Of a stretch of 64,000 bases of DNA, positions 39,576 to 50,164 are shown piece by piece; positions within the stretch are counted from its first letter, which is position 1; each line of letters opens with the position of its first letter. The stretch is from an uncultured bacterium (GTDB taxonomy: Bacteria > Bacteroidota > Bacteroidia > Bacteroidales > Muribaculaceae). A program made the translations under genes and the position numbers. The notes beneath the pieces were generated by a model. That model was given only the letters and a program-made list of their open reading frames with translations. It did no database searches and had not been told where the DNA came from. Location of the stretch: the NCBI GenBank assembly GCA_905214735.1, contig CAJMNI010000001.1:27504-91503 (forward strand), written 5' to 3'.

Positions 39576-41139
39576 GCATGACTGTCACAACTGAATCAAA
39601 ACTTATTCCCATGAAATGGATCGTGACGCTGGCCTACGTCTGGCTCGCGATTCCGGTCATACTGTTTCTGATCTTCTGGGTGAACCTCACTGTCAACGCC
39701 CTGCTGGCTTTAATGATCATATACGTGGGAGCATCCGCCTTCATCCGCAGACAAAAAGAAAAAAAACATCTGCCATATCCCTGCCTGCTCAAGATTTTTC
39801 ACCAGCTCTGAAACTTGACCCAACACTGGTCTTTACCGGTGCGACCCTACTCTTTCTTGTGATATACATGGGAATCGGAGGACTGATGACACAGGAATAT
39901 AACGATCAAGTATTCCGCAACGCAATGCTATACGAAGTGACCAACCGCGACTGGCCTATAATCTATCCCCCAATCGACGGCAACCCATGCTTCCTTAGCT
40001 ATTACATGGGATTCTGGCTCCCTGCCGCTGCCGTGGCAAAAATTTTCGGCGGCAATATGCTTGTAGCCGAGTCAGTCACTATCTTTTACGCCTGGACCGG
40101 ACTATTTCTATTCATAGCCTTCATCTTCAGTTATGTCGGCGAAAGGCGCAGGCTGCTGGCTCTTTTAGTGATTCTCATGTTCGCCGCATTCGACTATGTG
40201 GCCGGCGCCATTTTCACATATCGGAATTACCCTGATATCATCTCATTCATCGGAGGCAACCATGACAACGCCACAACCTACTATGCGCTTCCGAACATCG
40301 CAGTGGCACTGGGCCAAATCTACAATCAGGCGATACCGGCCTTCTTAGGCTGCATGCTGCTCTATTATCAGCGCAACTCCTTCCGCTATTTCTTTCTGAC
40401 GTTCGCACTGGTGATGTTCTTCTCGCCTCTTCAGTGCGTAGGAATTTTCCCGGTTTGCGCGGTGTGGGGCATCCGCAATTTCCGCAACACCCTCTCTGCA
40501 GCCAATATTTTAGGAATTCTACTTTGCTTTCTCTTTGCAGCCTATTTCATGGCCAACAATCAAGGTTCCATGCGCACTTACGCCACCGAAGGCGACCAAA
40601 TAGCCATTATTGCCGAAAAAGGTGCATTTTGGGTCACCTTTTCCGTAGCAATATACCTTCCTTTCCTATGGAAAAGCGTGAAGCGCGACTGGGTGTTTTG
40701 GCTGCTGCTCGCCATTTCGCTGGCGGCTCCACTCATGTCGCTCCACGGCCTCGGCGACCTTGGATGGAGAGCTCCGACAGGCCTTTCGGTTTATTTGATG
40801 GCGAAAATTGCAAAAAAGGTTGTGGGCATAAGACGGTGGACCGCGCCCCGCAACGCCTGCTTCGCTGTGACTCTCTGCCTCTGCTCACTCACAACAGCAG
40901 GAATTTATTTTTACAGAGGTTATCTTGAAGTGACGGAGGTTATCATCAAAGGGCGCTCTCCGCGCGTAGACTGGCTCAACGGCCATCTTGCCGATCCCGA
41001 TTACAATCAATGGTTCAACAATTTTATGTCGACCCGCAACGGTTTTTTCTATAAATACATTATGCGACGACCGGACGCCGCAATCAGGTATAATCACAAC
41101 AACACATCGAAGCATAATGATGCAGACCGCAATCAATAA
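39572..41139 (+). pseudogene. Paralog B of the membrane-protein triplet, interrupted by a -1 frameshift within an A8 tract (39759-39766)
   Basis: N-terminal 79-aa ORF (39572-39811) and the large ORF 39616-41139 sit in different frames. The two join at GAAAAAAAAC. Nine or six A residues would give an intact ~520-aa protein aligning with A and C throughout. The ATG overlaps paralog A's stop (ATGA). Confidence 0.75.
39759..39766 (+). repeat. Homopolymeric A8 tract at the frameshift site
   Basis: Read directly: acaaaaagAAAAAAAAcatc. Confidence 0.9.
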
Positions 41140-41143
41140 TAAT

Positions 41144-42664
41144 ATGGAAAAATCGATTACCATGAAGTCAATCGTGATCCAGGCATACGTCTGGCTTGCG
41201 CTTCCGCTTCTGATATTCCTCGCATTCTGGGTTATTCCCTGGATATCAGTGCCTGCCATAACGGCAATAATTCTGATTCTTGCTAAGATTTTCCGGGAGA
41301 AATCCGACTCTCAGCTGTATAAATCTCGCGGGTTCGCGGCCTCCTTGCGCTTCGACCGCAACATCTGGTGGATTATTCTCGTAATTCTTCTCGTCTCTAT
41401 CTATTGCGGCATCGGCGGCCTATATGCTCAAAACTACACTGACGCCTTCGGACGCAACGCCATTTTCTACGACCTCGTCAAACTCCCCTGGCCCACTGAG
41501 TATTCCCCAATTGATGGAAACCAGAGAACATTGGTTTATTATTTCGGGTTCTGGCTTCCCGCCGCCGGGATTGCGAAAATTTGCGGACACTCCATATTTG
41601 TCGGCGAGATGGTTCAATTAGCTTATGCGGTCTGGGGATTATGGCTTATCACCGCTTTCCTCTTCAGTTACTGCCGAGGCCGACGCAGATGGCTCGCTCT
41701 TTTGCTCCTCTTTTTCTTCGCCGGCTGGGAAGTGGTCGAGACCCACTTTATATGGCATCATAACATCGGCGATTACTCTCTCAAAGACTTTTTCCTGTAC
41801 ACGTCGGACACCGACAACTTCTTTGTCCTAAATACGATGCACGCAATCCTGATCATGATCTACAATCAAGGGATCGCCGCCTTTTTGGGAATCATTCTCC
41901 TTTACTACCAACGTCGTTGCTTCAAATCTTACATCTTCACGTTTTCACTTTTGATGATTTTCGCTCCGATTCCTGCTTTCGGCATTCTGCCAATATGCAT
42001 TGTCTGGGGATTGATGCATTTCAGGCAGTCTCTTTCATTTCCCAATATACTGGGAATCATGATTTGCATGCTGATAGCATCTTTCTATATGGGCAGTCCT
42101 GTGGGAGCTGACGTCAATCCGATAGTCTGGTCTGACAATATTATTTTCATGGTCAAATGCTGCGTTCTGTTTATTCTGACCTGCATCGCCGTCTACCTCC
42201 CCTTTATTTGGCGCAGTGTAAAAAAGAACTGTCTCTTCTGGGCCCTCCTTGCAATTTCTTGCGCAGCTCCCTTTTTCACTCTGACAGATCGTGTGGATTT
42301 CGGCTGGAGGATTCCCACCGGACTGGCGGTTTTCATGCTCTTTACCGTGACAAAAGCAGCCGTCAATGTTAAAAATTGGCACACTCCGCGCAATGTATGT
42401 TTCGCCATTGTTCTCTCCATTGGGGCGTTATCACCAATCATAAATTATTGCCGACGTTCTTATTATGAAGTCAAGGAAGTCGTCATAGAGGGTAGATCCC
42501 CACGAAACCACTATTATGAAGGTATGCTCTCGTCAAAAGATTTCGACGCGCCTTTAAATTCACCTTCCCCCGAGCTCGAACCTTTTCTACACAGACTTAT
42601 CTATACCACATATATTTGTGAAAAGGAGACTTTCTTCAATAAATATCTTATGCGTCACCGATAG
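41144..42664 (+). CDS. Polytopic membrane protein, paralog C of tandem triplet (~506 aa)
   Basis: Start MEKSITMKSIV aligns with the A start MSKILSIRSIV. Shares the same conserved blocks as A and B. Markedly lower GC than surrounding genes. Confidence 0.7.
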   Translation: MEKSITMKSIVIQAYVWLALPLLIFLAFWVIPWISVPAITAIILILAKIFREKSDSQLYKSRGFAASLRFDRNIWWIILVILLVSIYCGIGGLYAQNYTDAFGRNAIFYDLVKLPWPTEYSPIDGNQRTLVYYFGFWLPAAGIAKICGHSIFVGEMVQLAYAVWGLWLITAFLFSYCRGRRRWLALLLLFFFAGWEVVETHFIWHHNIGDYSLKDFFLYTSDTDNFFVLNTMHAILIMIYNQGIAAFLGIILLYYQRRCFKSYIFTFSLLMIFAPIPAFGILPICIVWGLMHFRQSLSFPNILGIMICMLIASFYMGSPVGADVNPIVWSDNIIFMVKCCVLFILTCIAVYLPFIWRSVKKNCLFWALLAISCAAPFFTLTDRVDFGWRIPTGLAVFMLFTVTKAAVNVKNWHTPRNVCFAIVLSIGALSPIINYCRRSYYEVKEVVIEGRSPRNHYYEGMLSSKDFDAPLNSPSPELEPFLHRLIYTTYICEKETFFNKYLMRHR

Positions 42665-42693
42665 GTAAAATTTATTTTTTGATGATTGGTTGA

Positions 42694-42708
42694 ATTTTTG
42701 TAATTTTG
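42694..42708 (+). promoter_or_regulatory. Promoter -7 element TTTTTGTAATTTTG upstream of hpt
   Basis: Third identical copy of the element. 48 nt upstream of the hpt ATG. Confidence 0.55.
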
Positions 42709-42755
42709 CCTAAAATAACGGAAAGCAGCATCCTGAATCAAAACTTTCGATTTTT

Positions 42756-43301
42756 ATGGAAAATAAAGTGACTGTCGACGGCTTGACTTTCGTGCCCTAT
42801 ATCACGCGCGATAAAATTGCCCAAGAAGTGAAACGCGTCGCCGAGGAGCTTCGCAACGACCTGAAAGGGAAAAATCCGATTTTCCTCTGCGTGCTTAACG
42901 GCGCATTTATCTTCGCCGCCGACCTCATCCGCGAAGTCGGCAACAACGACGCCCACATCAACTTCGTGCGCTATACGAGCTATGAAGGCACCTCCTCCAC
43001 CGGAAAGGTCAAGGAAGTGATGGGCCTCACCGAAGACATCGAAGGAATGGACGTCGTCATAATCGAAGACATCGTCGACACAGGCCTCACAGCCTCCATG
43101 ATGGTCTCGGAACTCAAGAAAAGGAATCCCCGCTCCATCCGATTCGCCACCCTGCTCCATAAGCCGGAAAGCTCCAAAACCGGTTTCAAACCCGACTATG
43201 TGGCTTTCTCCATTCCGCCGAAATTCATCATCGGCTATGGCCTCGACCTCGACGGAAAGGTGCGCAACCTCAAAGACATCTACGTTATCGACGAAGACTG
43301 A
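42756..43301 (+). CDS. hpt: Hypoxanthine phosphoribosyltransferase
   Basis: 181 aa. PRPP-binding motif [13 protein letters not shown]. Confidence 0.9.
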   Translation: MENKVTVDGLTFVPYITRDKIAQEVKRVAEELRNDLKGKNPIFLCVLNGAFIFAADLIREVGNNDAHINFVRYTSYEGTSSTGKVKEVMGLTEDIEGMDVVIIEDIVDTGLTASMMVSELKKRNPRSIRFATLLHKPESSKTGFKPDYVAFSIPPKFIIGYGLDLDGKVRNLKDIYVIDED

Positions 43302-43328
43302 TCCGGTCTGCCCGGTCCGACAGACGAA

Positions 43329-43360
43329 ACCCTCCGCCGATCTGGCCGGAGGCTTTTGTC
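43329..43360 (+). terminator. Hairpin CCTCCGCC-gatctg-GCCGGAGG followed by CTTTTGTC; probable hpt terminator
   Basis: Read directly. Imperfect stem of 6-7 bp plus a T-tract. Confidence 0.5.
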
Positions 43361-43416
43361 ATGATTCTTACCGGACACCGAATTTTCATATACCCAAAAT
43401 AAAGTTACATCCAATC

Positions 43417-44016
43417 ATGCTGAATATTGTTTTATTTGGCGCTCCCGGTAGCGGGAAAGGAACCCAAAGCGCAAAACTCATCGACGAATATGGCCTCTAC
43501 CATATTTCTACCGGCGAACTCCTTCGCGACCATATCAAACGCGACACCCCGCTGGGCCGCACAGCCAACGAATATATCTCCAAAGGCCAGCTCATCCCCG
43601 ACGACCTGATGATCGACATCCTCGACCACACCCTCGAGCAGGAGGCGAAAGGGAAAGCCGGAGTGGTGTTCGACGGTTTCCCCCGCACCATCGCCCAGGC
43701 CGACGCCCTCAAGGAACTCCTTGAGAAACGCGGCACGAAGCTTCACGCCGTCGTAGGCCTCGAAGTGCCCGAAGATGAACTCGTGGAGCGAATGATCAAA
43801 CGCGGTCAGGAGACAGGCCGCGCCGACGACAACGTCGAAACAATCAAAAACCGCCTGAAGGTATATCACGACCAGACCCATCCCCTCAAGGCCTACTACA
43901 CCGAAAAAGGGAACTACATCCCCGTCAACGGCTCAGGCATCGTCGATGAAATCTTCGGCAACATCGCCGAAGGCCTCGAGAAGATGACCGGTGCCAAACG
44001 CCGTGTGAAAAAGTAA
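43417..44016 (+). CDS. adk: Adenylate kinase
   Basis: MLNIVLFGAPGSGKGTQ P-loop. ORF-track start at 43198 is upstream; the likely true start is the ATG at 43417. Confidence 0.9.
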   Translation: MLNIVLFGAPGSGKGTQSAKLIDEYGLYHISTGELLRDHIKRDTPLGRTANEYISKGQLIPDDLMIDILDHTLEQEAKGKAGVVFDGFPRTIAQADALKELLEKRGTKLHAVVGLEVPEDELVERMIKRGQETGRADDNVETIKNRLKVYHDQTHPLKAYYTEKGNYIPVNGSGIVDEIFGNIAEGLEKMTGAKRRVKK

Positions 44017-44102
44017 GACCCAGAAGTCAATTCATATCTTCCGACGGCTTCCGATAAGGCAGCCGTCAGAACAATAAGAGCAACGGCCGGAGCGTTAAAC
44101 CT

Positions 44103-46097
44103 ATGATGAAAAATCAAGGATTTAACGCTTCGGCTCTTTTGTTGGCGCTTCTGCTGCTCCTGCTCCCGCTCGCCGGCTGCAAGACCCCGAAGCTCGCCGA
44201 CGCCAACGCCGCCTATGACCGCGGCGAATATTTCGACGCCTCCAAAATCTACCGCGCCGTCTACAATAAGCTCAACCCGCGCGAAGACCGCGAGCTGCGC
44301 GGCGAGGTGGCTTATCAGCTCGCCACGTGCTATCGCAAGCTCAACATGGCAGCCCGCGCATCCGCGGCCTATCAGAACGCGATCCGCTATGAATATCCCG
44401 ACTCAATGGCATTTTTCTATCTCGGCCGCTCGCTGCAGATGGAGGGGAAATATCAGCCGGCGATCGAAGCTTACACCACTTTTCTCGACTATCGCGCCGA
44501 CGACCAGCTCGCCAAGGAGGGGATAAGGGGCTGCCAGCAGGCCATCAGGGCCAAAAAGGAGAAAAAGAGCCGCTACAAAGTGGCGCAGGCCAAGCTTTTC
44601 AATTCCAGAAGGGCCGACTTCGCCCCGATGTATCTCGACAAGACGCTCAACACCATCTATTTCACATCTTCGACTGAAAAAGCGCGCGGCACCAACCACT
44701 CCGAGATCACCGGTACCAAACGAAGCGACATATTTTATTCCGAAAAAGACGAGAAAGGGAACTGGAAACGTCCCGAACCGGCCGAAGGAGAGCTCAACTC
44801 CGACTTCGATGAGGGTATCACGGCATTCTCCCCCGACGGCCAGACGATGTATCTCACCATGGCGCGCCGCTCCGAATCGGCCAACACCAGCGTGGAGATC
44901 TACACCTCCCGCCGCTCCGACGCCACCTGGAGCGCACCCCAGAAATTTGAAATCACCGCCGACACCCTCTCCGCCGTAGGCCACCCCGCCGTCTCTCCCG
45001 ACGGAACTTATCTCTATTTTTCCTCCGACATGCCAGGCGGCTTCGGAGGAAAAGACATCTGGCGCATCAACCTCAAGGAGCGCGCCGGAAGCCTCGAGAA
45101 CCTCGGCCCGCAGATCAACACCTCGGGCGACGAAATGTTCCCATACATGCGCACCGACTCGCTGATGTATTTCTCATCCGACGGCCACCCGGGCTTCGGA
45201 GGCCTCGACCTTTTCACCGCCCGGCTAAACTCCACAGGCGACCGCTGGAGCGTCAACAACCTCGGCCTGCCCCTCAACAGCCAGGGCGATGACTTCGGCA
45301 TAACTTTCGGCGAAGGGGAATCCGGGTTCTTCAGTTCAAACCGCGGCGACGCCAGAGGTTACGACCATATCTACAGCTTTATCCTCCCCGAAATTAAGGT
45401 CACGATCTCCGGCTATGTGCTCGACAAAGACGAGGAGCCTGTGCCCAATGCCGTGATCCGCATCGTCGGCGACGACGGTTCCAACCAGAAGGAGGTGGCA
45501 AAAGACGATGGCTCCTTCAAGTTCAAGCTCGAACGGGGCGTGAAATATGTGATGCAGGCCGGCGCCAAAGGTTATCTCAACGTCAAGCAGGAGTTTGAGA
45601 GCGACATGGAGGAGGAGGATGCCGATTATGGGGTCGACTTCATCCTCGCCGCCATCTATAAGCCGCAGGTGGTGGAGAATATTTTCTACGACTTCGACCG
45701 CGCTTCGCTCCGTCCCGAATCTAAAGCAGCCCTCGACGAAATGGCGCAGATGCTTCGCGACAACCCCAACGTCACCATCGAAATGGGTTCGCACACCGAC
45801 CGCGTCGGAACAGAGGAATACAACATCGGCCTCTCCGACCGCCGCGCCAAGAGCGTGGTCGACTATCTGATCGCCGCCGGAATATCTCCCGACCGACTCA
45901 CCTGGAAAGGCTACGGCGAGACTGTGCCCAAGACCGTCACCAAACGCATCAACCGAGAATATCCGCAATTCCCCGAGGGAACAGTGCTCAACGAGGAATT
46001 CATCAACACCCTGTCGGAAGAAGACAAAGAGGCAGCCGACCAGGTGAACCGCCGCACTGAATTCCAAGTCACTTCGATCGAATACGACTTTTTCTGA
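44103..46097 (+). CDS. Outer-membrane lipoprotein with TPR, TolB-like beta-propeller repeats and C-terminal OmpA domain
   Basis: Lipobox LLPLAGC. TPR-like N-terminus. Repeated DG..LYF.S.R blades. C-terminal OmpA-like motif block (FDFDRASLRPES...NPNVTIEMGSHTD...GLSDRRAKSV). Confidence 0.8.
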   Translation: MMKNQGFNASALLLALLLLLLPLAGCKTPKLADANAAYDRGEYFDASKIYRAVYNKLNPREDRELRGEVAYQLATCYRKLNMAARASAAYQNAIRYEYPDSMAFFYLGRSLQMEGKYQPAIEAYTTFLDYRADDQLAKEGIRGCQQAIRAKKEKKSRYKVAQAKLFNSRRADFAPMYLDKTLNTIYFTSSTEKARGTNHSEITGTKRSDIFYSEKDEKGNWKRPEPAEGELNSDFDEGITAFSPDGQTMYLTMARRSESANTSVEIYTSRRSDATWSAPQKFEITADTLSAVGHPAVSPDGTYLYFSSDMPGGFGGKDIWRINLKERAGSLENLGPQINTSGDEMFPYMRTDSLMYFSSDGHPGFGGLDLFTARLNSTGDRWSVNNLGLPLNSQGDDFGITFGEGESGFFSSNRGDARGYDHIYSFILPEIKVTISGYVLDKDEEPVPNAVIRIVGDDGSNQKEVAKDDGSFKFKLERGVKYVMQAGAKGYLNVKQEFESDMEEEDADYGVDFILAAIYKPQVVENIFYDFDRASLRPESKAALDEMAQMLRDNPNVTIEMGSHTDRVGTEEYNIGLSDRRAKSVVDYLIAAGISPDRLTWKGYGETVPKTVTKRINREYPQFPEGTVLNEEFINTLSEEDKEAADQVNRRTEFQVTSIEYDFF

Positions 46098-46132
46098 CAT
46101 AAAGTCTAAGCCCAAACCAAAAGCAGAACACG

Positions 46133-47089
46133 ATGAAATTCCGCACCGAACTCAGCCTTCCCCCTTCGGCCTCGCCGCTCGATCCCGAGAAACCCGTGGC
46201 GCTGCTCGGATCCTGCTTTTCGGAGAATATCGGCAGGAGGATGCGACGTTCGCTATGGGACGCCCGCGTCAACCCCTGCGGTGTGCTCTTCAACCCGGCT
46301 TCGATCCGCCGCGTTCTCGAGATAGCGGCGGAAGAGGATTCTGAGACCCGCGATTCGCTACTCGCCGCCTCCATCGCCCGCAAAGACGACCTCTTCGTGT
46401 CGATGCTTTTTGACTCCTCCTTCGCCAACGCAGATTTCGACCTCTGCCTCGACGGTTGTATCGCCGCCACCGACATGCTGCGCGATGACATCGCCGAATC
46501 GCAGGCCCTGATCGTGACGCTCGGCACTGTCCGCGTCTATGCCATAGCCGGGCACCCCGACCTGATTGTCGGAAACTGCCATAAATTACCGGCGGCTAAA
46601 TTCGAATGCCGCTCTCTTTCCGTGGCTGAAACTGTCGGCGAAATCACACGCATAGAAGCGGCCGCAGCCAAAATCAGCCCCTCCGTCAGAATCATGTATA
46701 CTGTCAGCCCCGTGCGCCATCTGCGCGACAATTTCCACGACAACACCCTGTCGAAAGCCACTCTTCAGCTCGCCGTCGCCGGCAAGGAGTATTTCCCTGC
46801 CTACGAACTCCTGCTCGACGACCTCCGCGACTATCGCTTCTATGCCGCCGACCTCGCCCATCCCTCTGAAGAAGCCGTCGGCTACATCTGGGAAAAATTC
46901 CTTGACGTCTACGCCGGTCCCGGCGCGCGAAAACTGCTCGAGAAAGGGGAAGAGCTCACCCGACTCTGGGAACATCGTCCCAACATTCCTTTCGGCGACA
47001 GCTACAACAGCTTTTTAGCCATGCGAATGGATAAAACTGTCAAATTCAACCGAAAACATCCTGAAATGCTCTCACCCGCTGATTTTTAA
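46133..47089 (+). CDS. GSCFA-domain protein
   Basis: Contains the LLGSCFSENIG motif that names the GSCFA family. Confidence 0.75.
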   Translation: MKFRTELSLPPSASPLDPEKPVALLGSCFSENIGRRMRRSLWDARVNPCGVLFNPASIRRVLEIAAEEDSETRDSLLAASIARKDDLFVSMLFDSSFANADFDLCLDGCIAATDMLRDDIAESQALIVTLGTVRVYAIAGHPDLIVGNCHKLPAAKFECRSLSVAETVGEITRIEAAAAKISPSVRIMYTVSPVRHLRDNFHDNTLSKATLQLAVAGKEYFPAYELLLDDLRDYRFYAADLAHPSEEAVGYIWEKFLDVYAGPGARKLLEKGEELTRLWEHRPNIPFGDSYNSFLAMRMDKTVKFNRKHPEMLSPADF

Positions 47090-47236
47090 GGAGGGGGCAT
47101 GCGCCAAAAACGCCAAAATTCCATATTTTAGGCAGATTATTCTTTAATAATCCTCCCTAATTTATTAACTTTGCAAAGTTTTTGAGAAAACTCCCGAGCC
47201 TCTCAGAGTTTTCGCAAACATTAATTTTGCATTATT

Positions 47237-48769
47237 TTGACGTTTTCAGCCATGGATCGAAAAGTAAGAGTAAGATTCGCACCATCGCCCACGGGCCCGC
47301 TCCATATCGGAGGTGTCCGCACGGCTCTTTATAACTATATATTCGCACGCAGCCACGGCGGAGAGATGATTCTCCGCATCGAAGACACCGACTCCCACCG
47401 CTTCGTGCCGGGAGCCGAGGAATATATCAACGAAGCCCTCGGCTGGCTCGGCATCAAATTCGACGAAGGTGTGCGCGAAGGGGGTGCCTACGGACCTTAC
47501 AAGCAGAGCGAGCGCCGCGACATCTATCGCAAATATGCCCGGCAGCTTCTCGACACCGGCAAAGCCTACATAGCGTTCGACACTCCCGAGCAACTCGAAG
47601 CCGCCCGCAAAGAGACGCCCAATTTCCAGTATGACGCCTCGACCCGCGGCCGCATGTGCAATTCCCTCACCCTCTCCCCCGAGGAGGTGAAGGAGCGCAT
47701 CGACCGGGGCGACCAGTATGTGGTGCGCTTCCTGATCGAACCGGGACGCGAGGTGAAGGTCAACGACCTTATCCGCGGCGAAGTCTCCATCAATTCCTCG
47801 ATCCTCGACGACAAGGTGCTCTATAAAAGCGCCGACGACCTTCCGACATATCATCTCGCCAACATCGTCGACGACCATCTGATGGAGGTGTCGCACGTGA
47901 TCCGCGGCGAGGAATGGCTCCCGTCGGCTCCGCTCCACGTGCTCCTTTACGAGGCCTTCGGCTGGCAGGACACAATGCCGCAGTTCGTGCATCTCCCCCT
48001 GCTTCTCAAGCCCGTGGGCAACGGCAAGCTCTCCAAGCGCGACGGCGACAAGCTCGGCTTCCCCGTCTTCCCGCTTGAATGGAAAGATCCAGCGAGCGGC
48101 GCAATCTCCGCCGGCTATCGCGAGCAGGGGTATCTCCCCGAAGCCGTGGTCAACTTCCTCGCCCTCCTCGGCTGGAACCCCGGCGACGACAGCGAGCTGA
48201 TGGATATCGACACGCTTATCTCGAAGTTCAGCTTCGAACACTGCTCCAAATCGGGAGCCAAGTTCGACTATAAGAAGGGACTCTGGTTCAACCACGAATA
48301 TATCATGCGCAAGTCAGACGAGGAGCTCGCCGAAATGGTGATGCCGATGCTCGCTGCCAAAGGCATAGAAGGTTTCCCGAAAGAGTATGTGGCCCGCGCC
48401 ATCGGCATGGTCAAGGGTCGCGCCAACCTTGTGGGCGACCTTCTCGAACAGGCCGACTTCTTCTTCACGGCTCCGACGGAATATGCCGAGAAAGACGTGC
48501 GCAAACGCTGGAGCGAGGATACGCCCCGGATCATGGAGGAACTCATCGGAGTGCTTGAAGGAATCGACGACATGACATCGGCCAACGCCGAGAAAATCGT
48601 GCTCGACTGGATAGCCTCGAAGGAGTATCATCTCGGCAACGTGATGAATGCTTTCCGTCTCGCCGTGGTCGGCGCCTGCAGGGGCCCGCACATGTTCGAC
48701 ATCACCGAACTGATGCCCAAAGAGGAGGTGATCGGCAGGATCCGCCGCGCCATCGCCACGCTTAAATAA
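47237..48769 (+). CDS. gltX: Glutamate--tRNA ligase
   Basis: [14 protein letters not shown] (HIGH) and KLSKR (KMSKS-type) motifs. Confidence 0.95.
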   Translation: MTFSAMDRKVRVRFAPSPTGPLHIGGVRTALYNYIFARSHGGEMILRIEDTDSHRFVPGAEEYINEALGWLGIKFDEGVREGGAYGPYKQSERRDIYRKYARQLLDTGKAYIAFDTPEQLEAARKETPNFQYDASTRGRMCNSLTLSPEEVKERIDRGDQYVVRFLIEPGREVKVNDLIRGEVSINSSILDDKVLYKSADDLPTYHLANIVDDHLMEVSHVIRGEEWLPSAPLHVLLYEAFGWQDTMPQFVHLPLLLKPVGNGKLSKRDGDKLGFPVFPLEWKDPASGAISAGYREQGYLPEAVVNFLALLGWNPGDDSELMDIDTLISKFSFEHCSKSGAKFDYKKGLWFNHEYIMRKSDEELAEMVMPMLAAKGIEGFPKEYVARAIGMVKGRANLVGDLLEQADFFFTAPTEYAEKDVRKRWSEDTPRIMEELIGVLEGIDDMTSANAEKIVLDWIASKEYHLGNVMNAFRLAVVGACRGPHMFDITELMPKEEVIGRIRRAIATLK

Positions 48770-48816
48770 CCGCCCCGAGGACAGAACCAGCAACCTTATA
48801 ACCATCACCATTCGGG

Positions 48817-50130
48817 ATGAAGCTAATCACACCCCACGACGTCTTGTCGTTCACTTCGGAAGCGGGCCGGCAGATGCTTGAAGCTCCCCTCTACTCGGCA
48901 GGGATTACCCTGTATAGGTTTGGAGTGCGCATCGCCGGGCTCAAAAACGAAAAGGCCCGCAAACTCGACCACGGGCAGCGCGAGACGTGGAACCGCATCA
49001 GCGGGAAGATCAAGCCCGGAAACCGCGTGATCTGGATTCATGCCGCTTCGCTCGGAGAATTCGAACAGGGACGGCCGCTCATCGAAAAGATCAAACGCGA
49101 AAAGCCTGAATACAAGATTCTGCTCACTTTCTTCTCCCCTTCGGGCTATGAGGTGCGCAAGGATTACGACAAGGCCGACTGCGTATGCTATCTACCCTTC
49201 GACACTCCCCATCGCGTCAAACGCTTCATTGAGACCGTGCGCCCCGAGAAAGCGATTTTCGTGAAATATGAAATCTGGCGCAATTATCTCCACGAGCTCT
49301 ACAAGCATCAGATTCCGACTTTCCTGATAAGCGCCGCTTTCCGCCCCGATCAGGCATTTTTCAAACGCTCCGGCGCATGGTATGGCCTCTGGCTGAAATG
49401 GTACACCCGCATCTTCGTGCAGGATTCCCGCTCGAAAACTCTTTTGGAGTCAATCGGCGTCACCAATGTCGACGTCACCGGCGACACCCGTTTCGACCGC
49501 GTGGCCGACATCCGCGCAAAGAGCAAGAAGATTCCCGAACTCGACCGTTTCCTCAGCCGCGACAGCGACAGCCGGCCGCCCGTGATCATGGCCGGAAGCA
49601 GCTGGCCCGAAGACGAGGCCGTCTATACCGACTGGATCAATGCCCACCCCGACGTGAAGCTGGTGATCGCTCCCCATGAATTCGACGCCGCCCGACTCGC
49701 CCGACTCAAAGTGCGATTCTCCAACGGCGTGGTTCTGCTAAGCGAAATGAAAGCCGACCCTGCCGCCGGCGACGGAAAGCAGGTGCTCGTGATCGACTGC
49801 TTCGGCCTTCTCTCATCGGCCTACGCTTATTGTGACATCGCCTACGTGGGCGGAGGTTTCGGCGCCGGGCTCCATAATATAAACGAAGCCGCCGTCTATG
49901 ACGTGCCGGTGATCTACGGGCCCAACAACCATAAATTTATCGAGGCGCAGGAAATGGCCACCCTTGGCGGCGGCCTCCCCATCGACAGCAAAGAGAGCTT
50001 CAACCGCTGGGCCGACAGGCTGGTCTACGACGAGAAGGAACGCGAAAAACGCGGACGCTGGGCCGGAGAATATATCCGGGAGAAGCAAGGCGCCACCGAC
50101 CGCGTCTACAGCAAGATTTTCACCGACTGA
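48817..50130 (+). CDS. waaA: 3-deoxy-D-manno-octulosonic acid (Kdo) transferase
   Basis: WIHAASLGEFEQGRPLIE, a motif characteristic of KdtA/WaaA. 437 aa. Confidence 0.88.
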   Translation: MKLITPHDVLSFTSEAGRQMLEAPLYSAGITLYRFGVRIAGLKNEKARKLDHGQRETWNRISGKIKPGNRVIWIHAASLGEFEQGRPLIEKIKREKPEYKILLTFFSPSGYEVRKDYDKADCVCYLPFDTPHRVKRFIETVRPEKAIFVKYEIWRNYLHELYKHQIPTFLISAAFRPDQAFFKRSGAWYGLWLKWYTRIFVQDSRSKTLLESIGVTNVDVTGDTRFDRVADIRAKSKKIPELDRFLSRDSDSRPPVIMAGSSWPEDEAVYTDWINAHPDVKLVIAPHEFDAARLARLKVRFSNGVVLLSEMKADPAAGDGKQVLVIDCFGLLSSAYAYCDIAYVGGGFGAGLHNINEAAVYDVPVIYGPNNHKFIEAQEMATLGGGLPIDSKESFNRWADRLVYDEKEREKRGRWAGEYIREKQGATDRVYSKIFTD

Positions 50131-50164
50131 CACAGAATCCCGATATAGCCGGACATATACAGAT

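Noticed and set aside
38079-42664. Considered whether the triple membrane-protein array could be a CRISPR, retron, DGR or toxin-antitoxin type element
   Set aside because: No reverse transcriptase, no template/variable repeat pair with A-specific mismatches, and no short regularly spaced repeats. The proteins are full-length polytopic membrane proteins.
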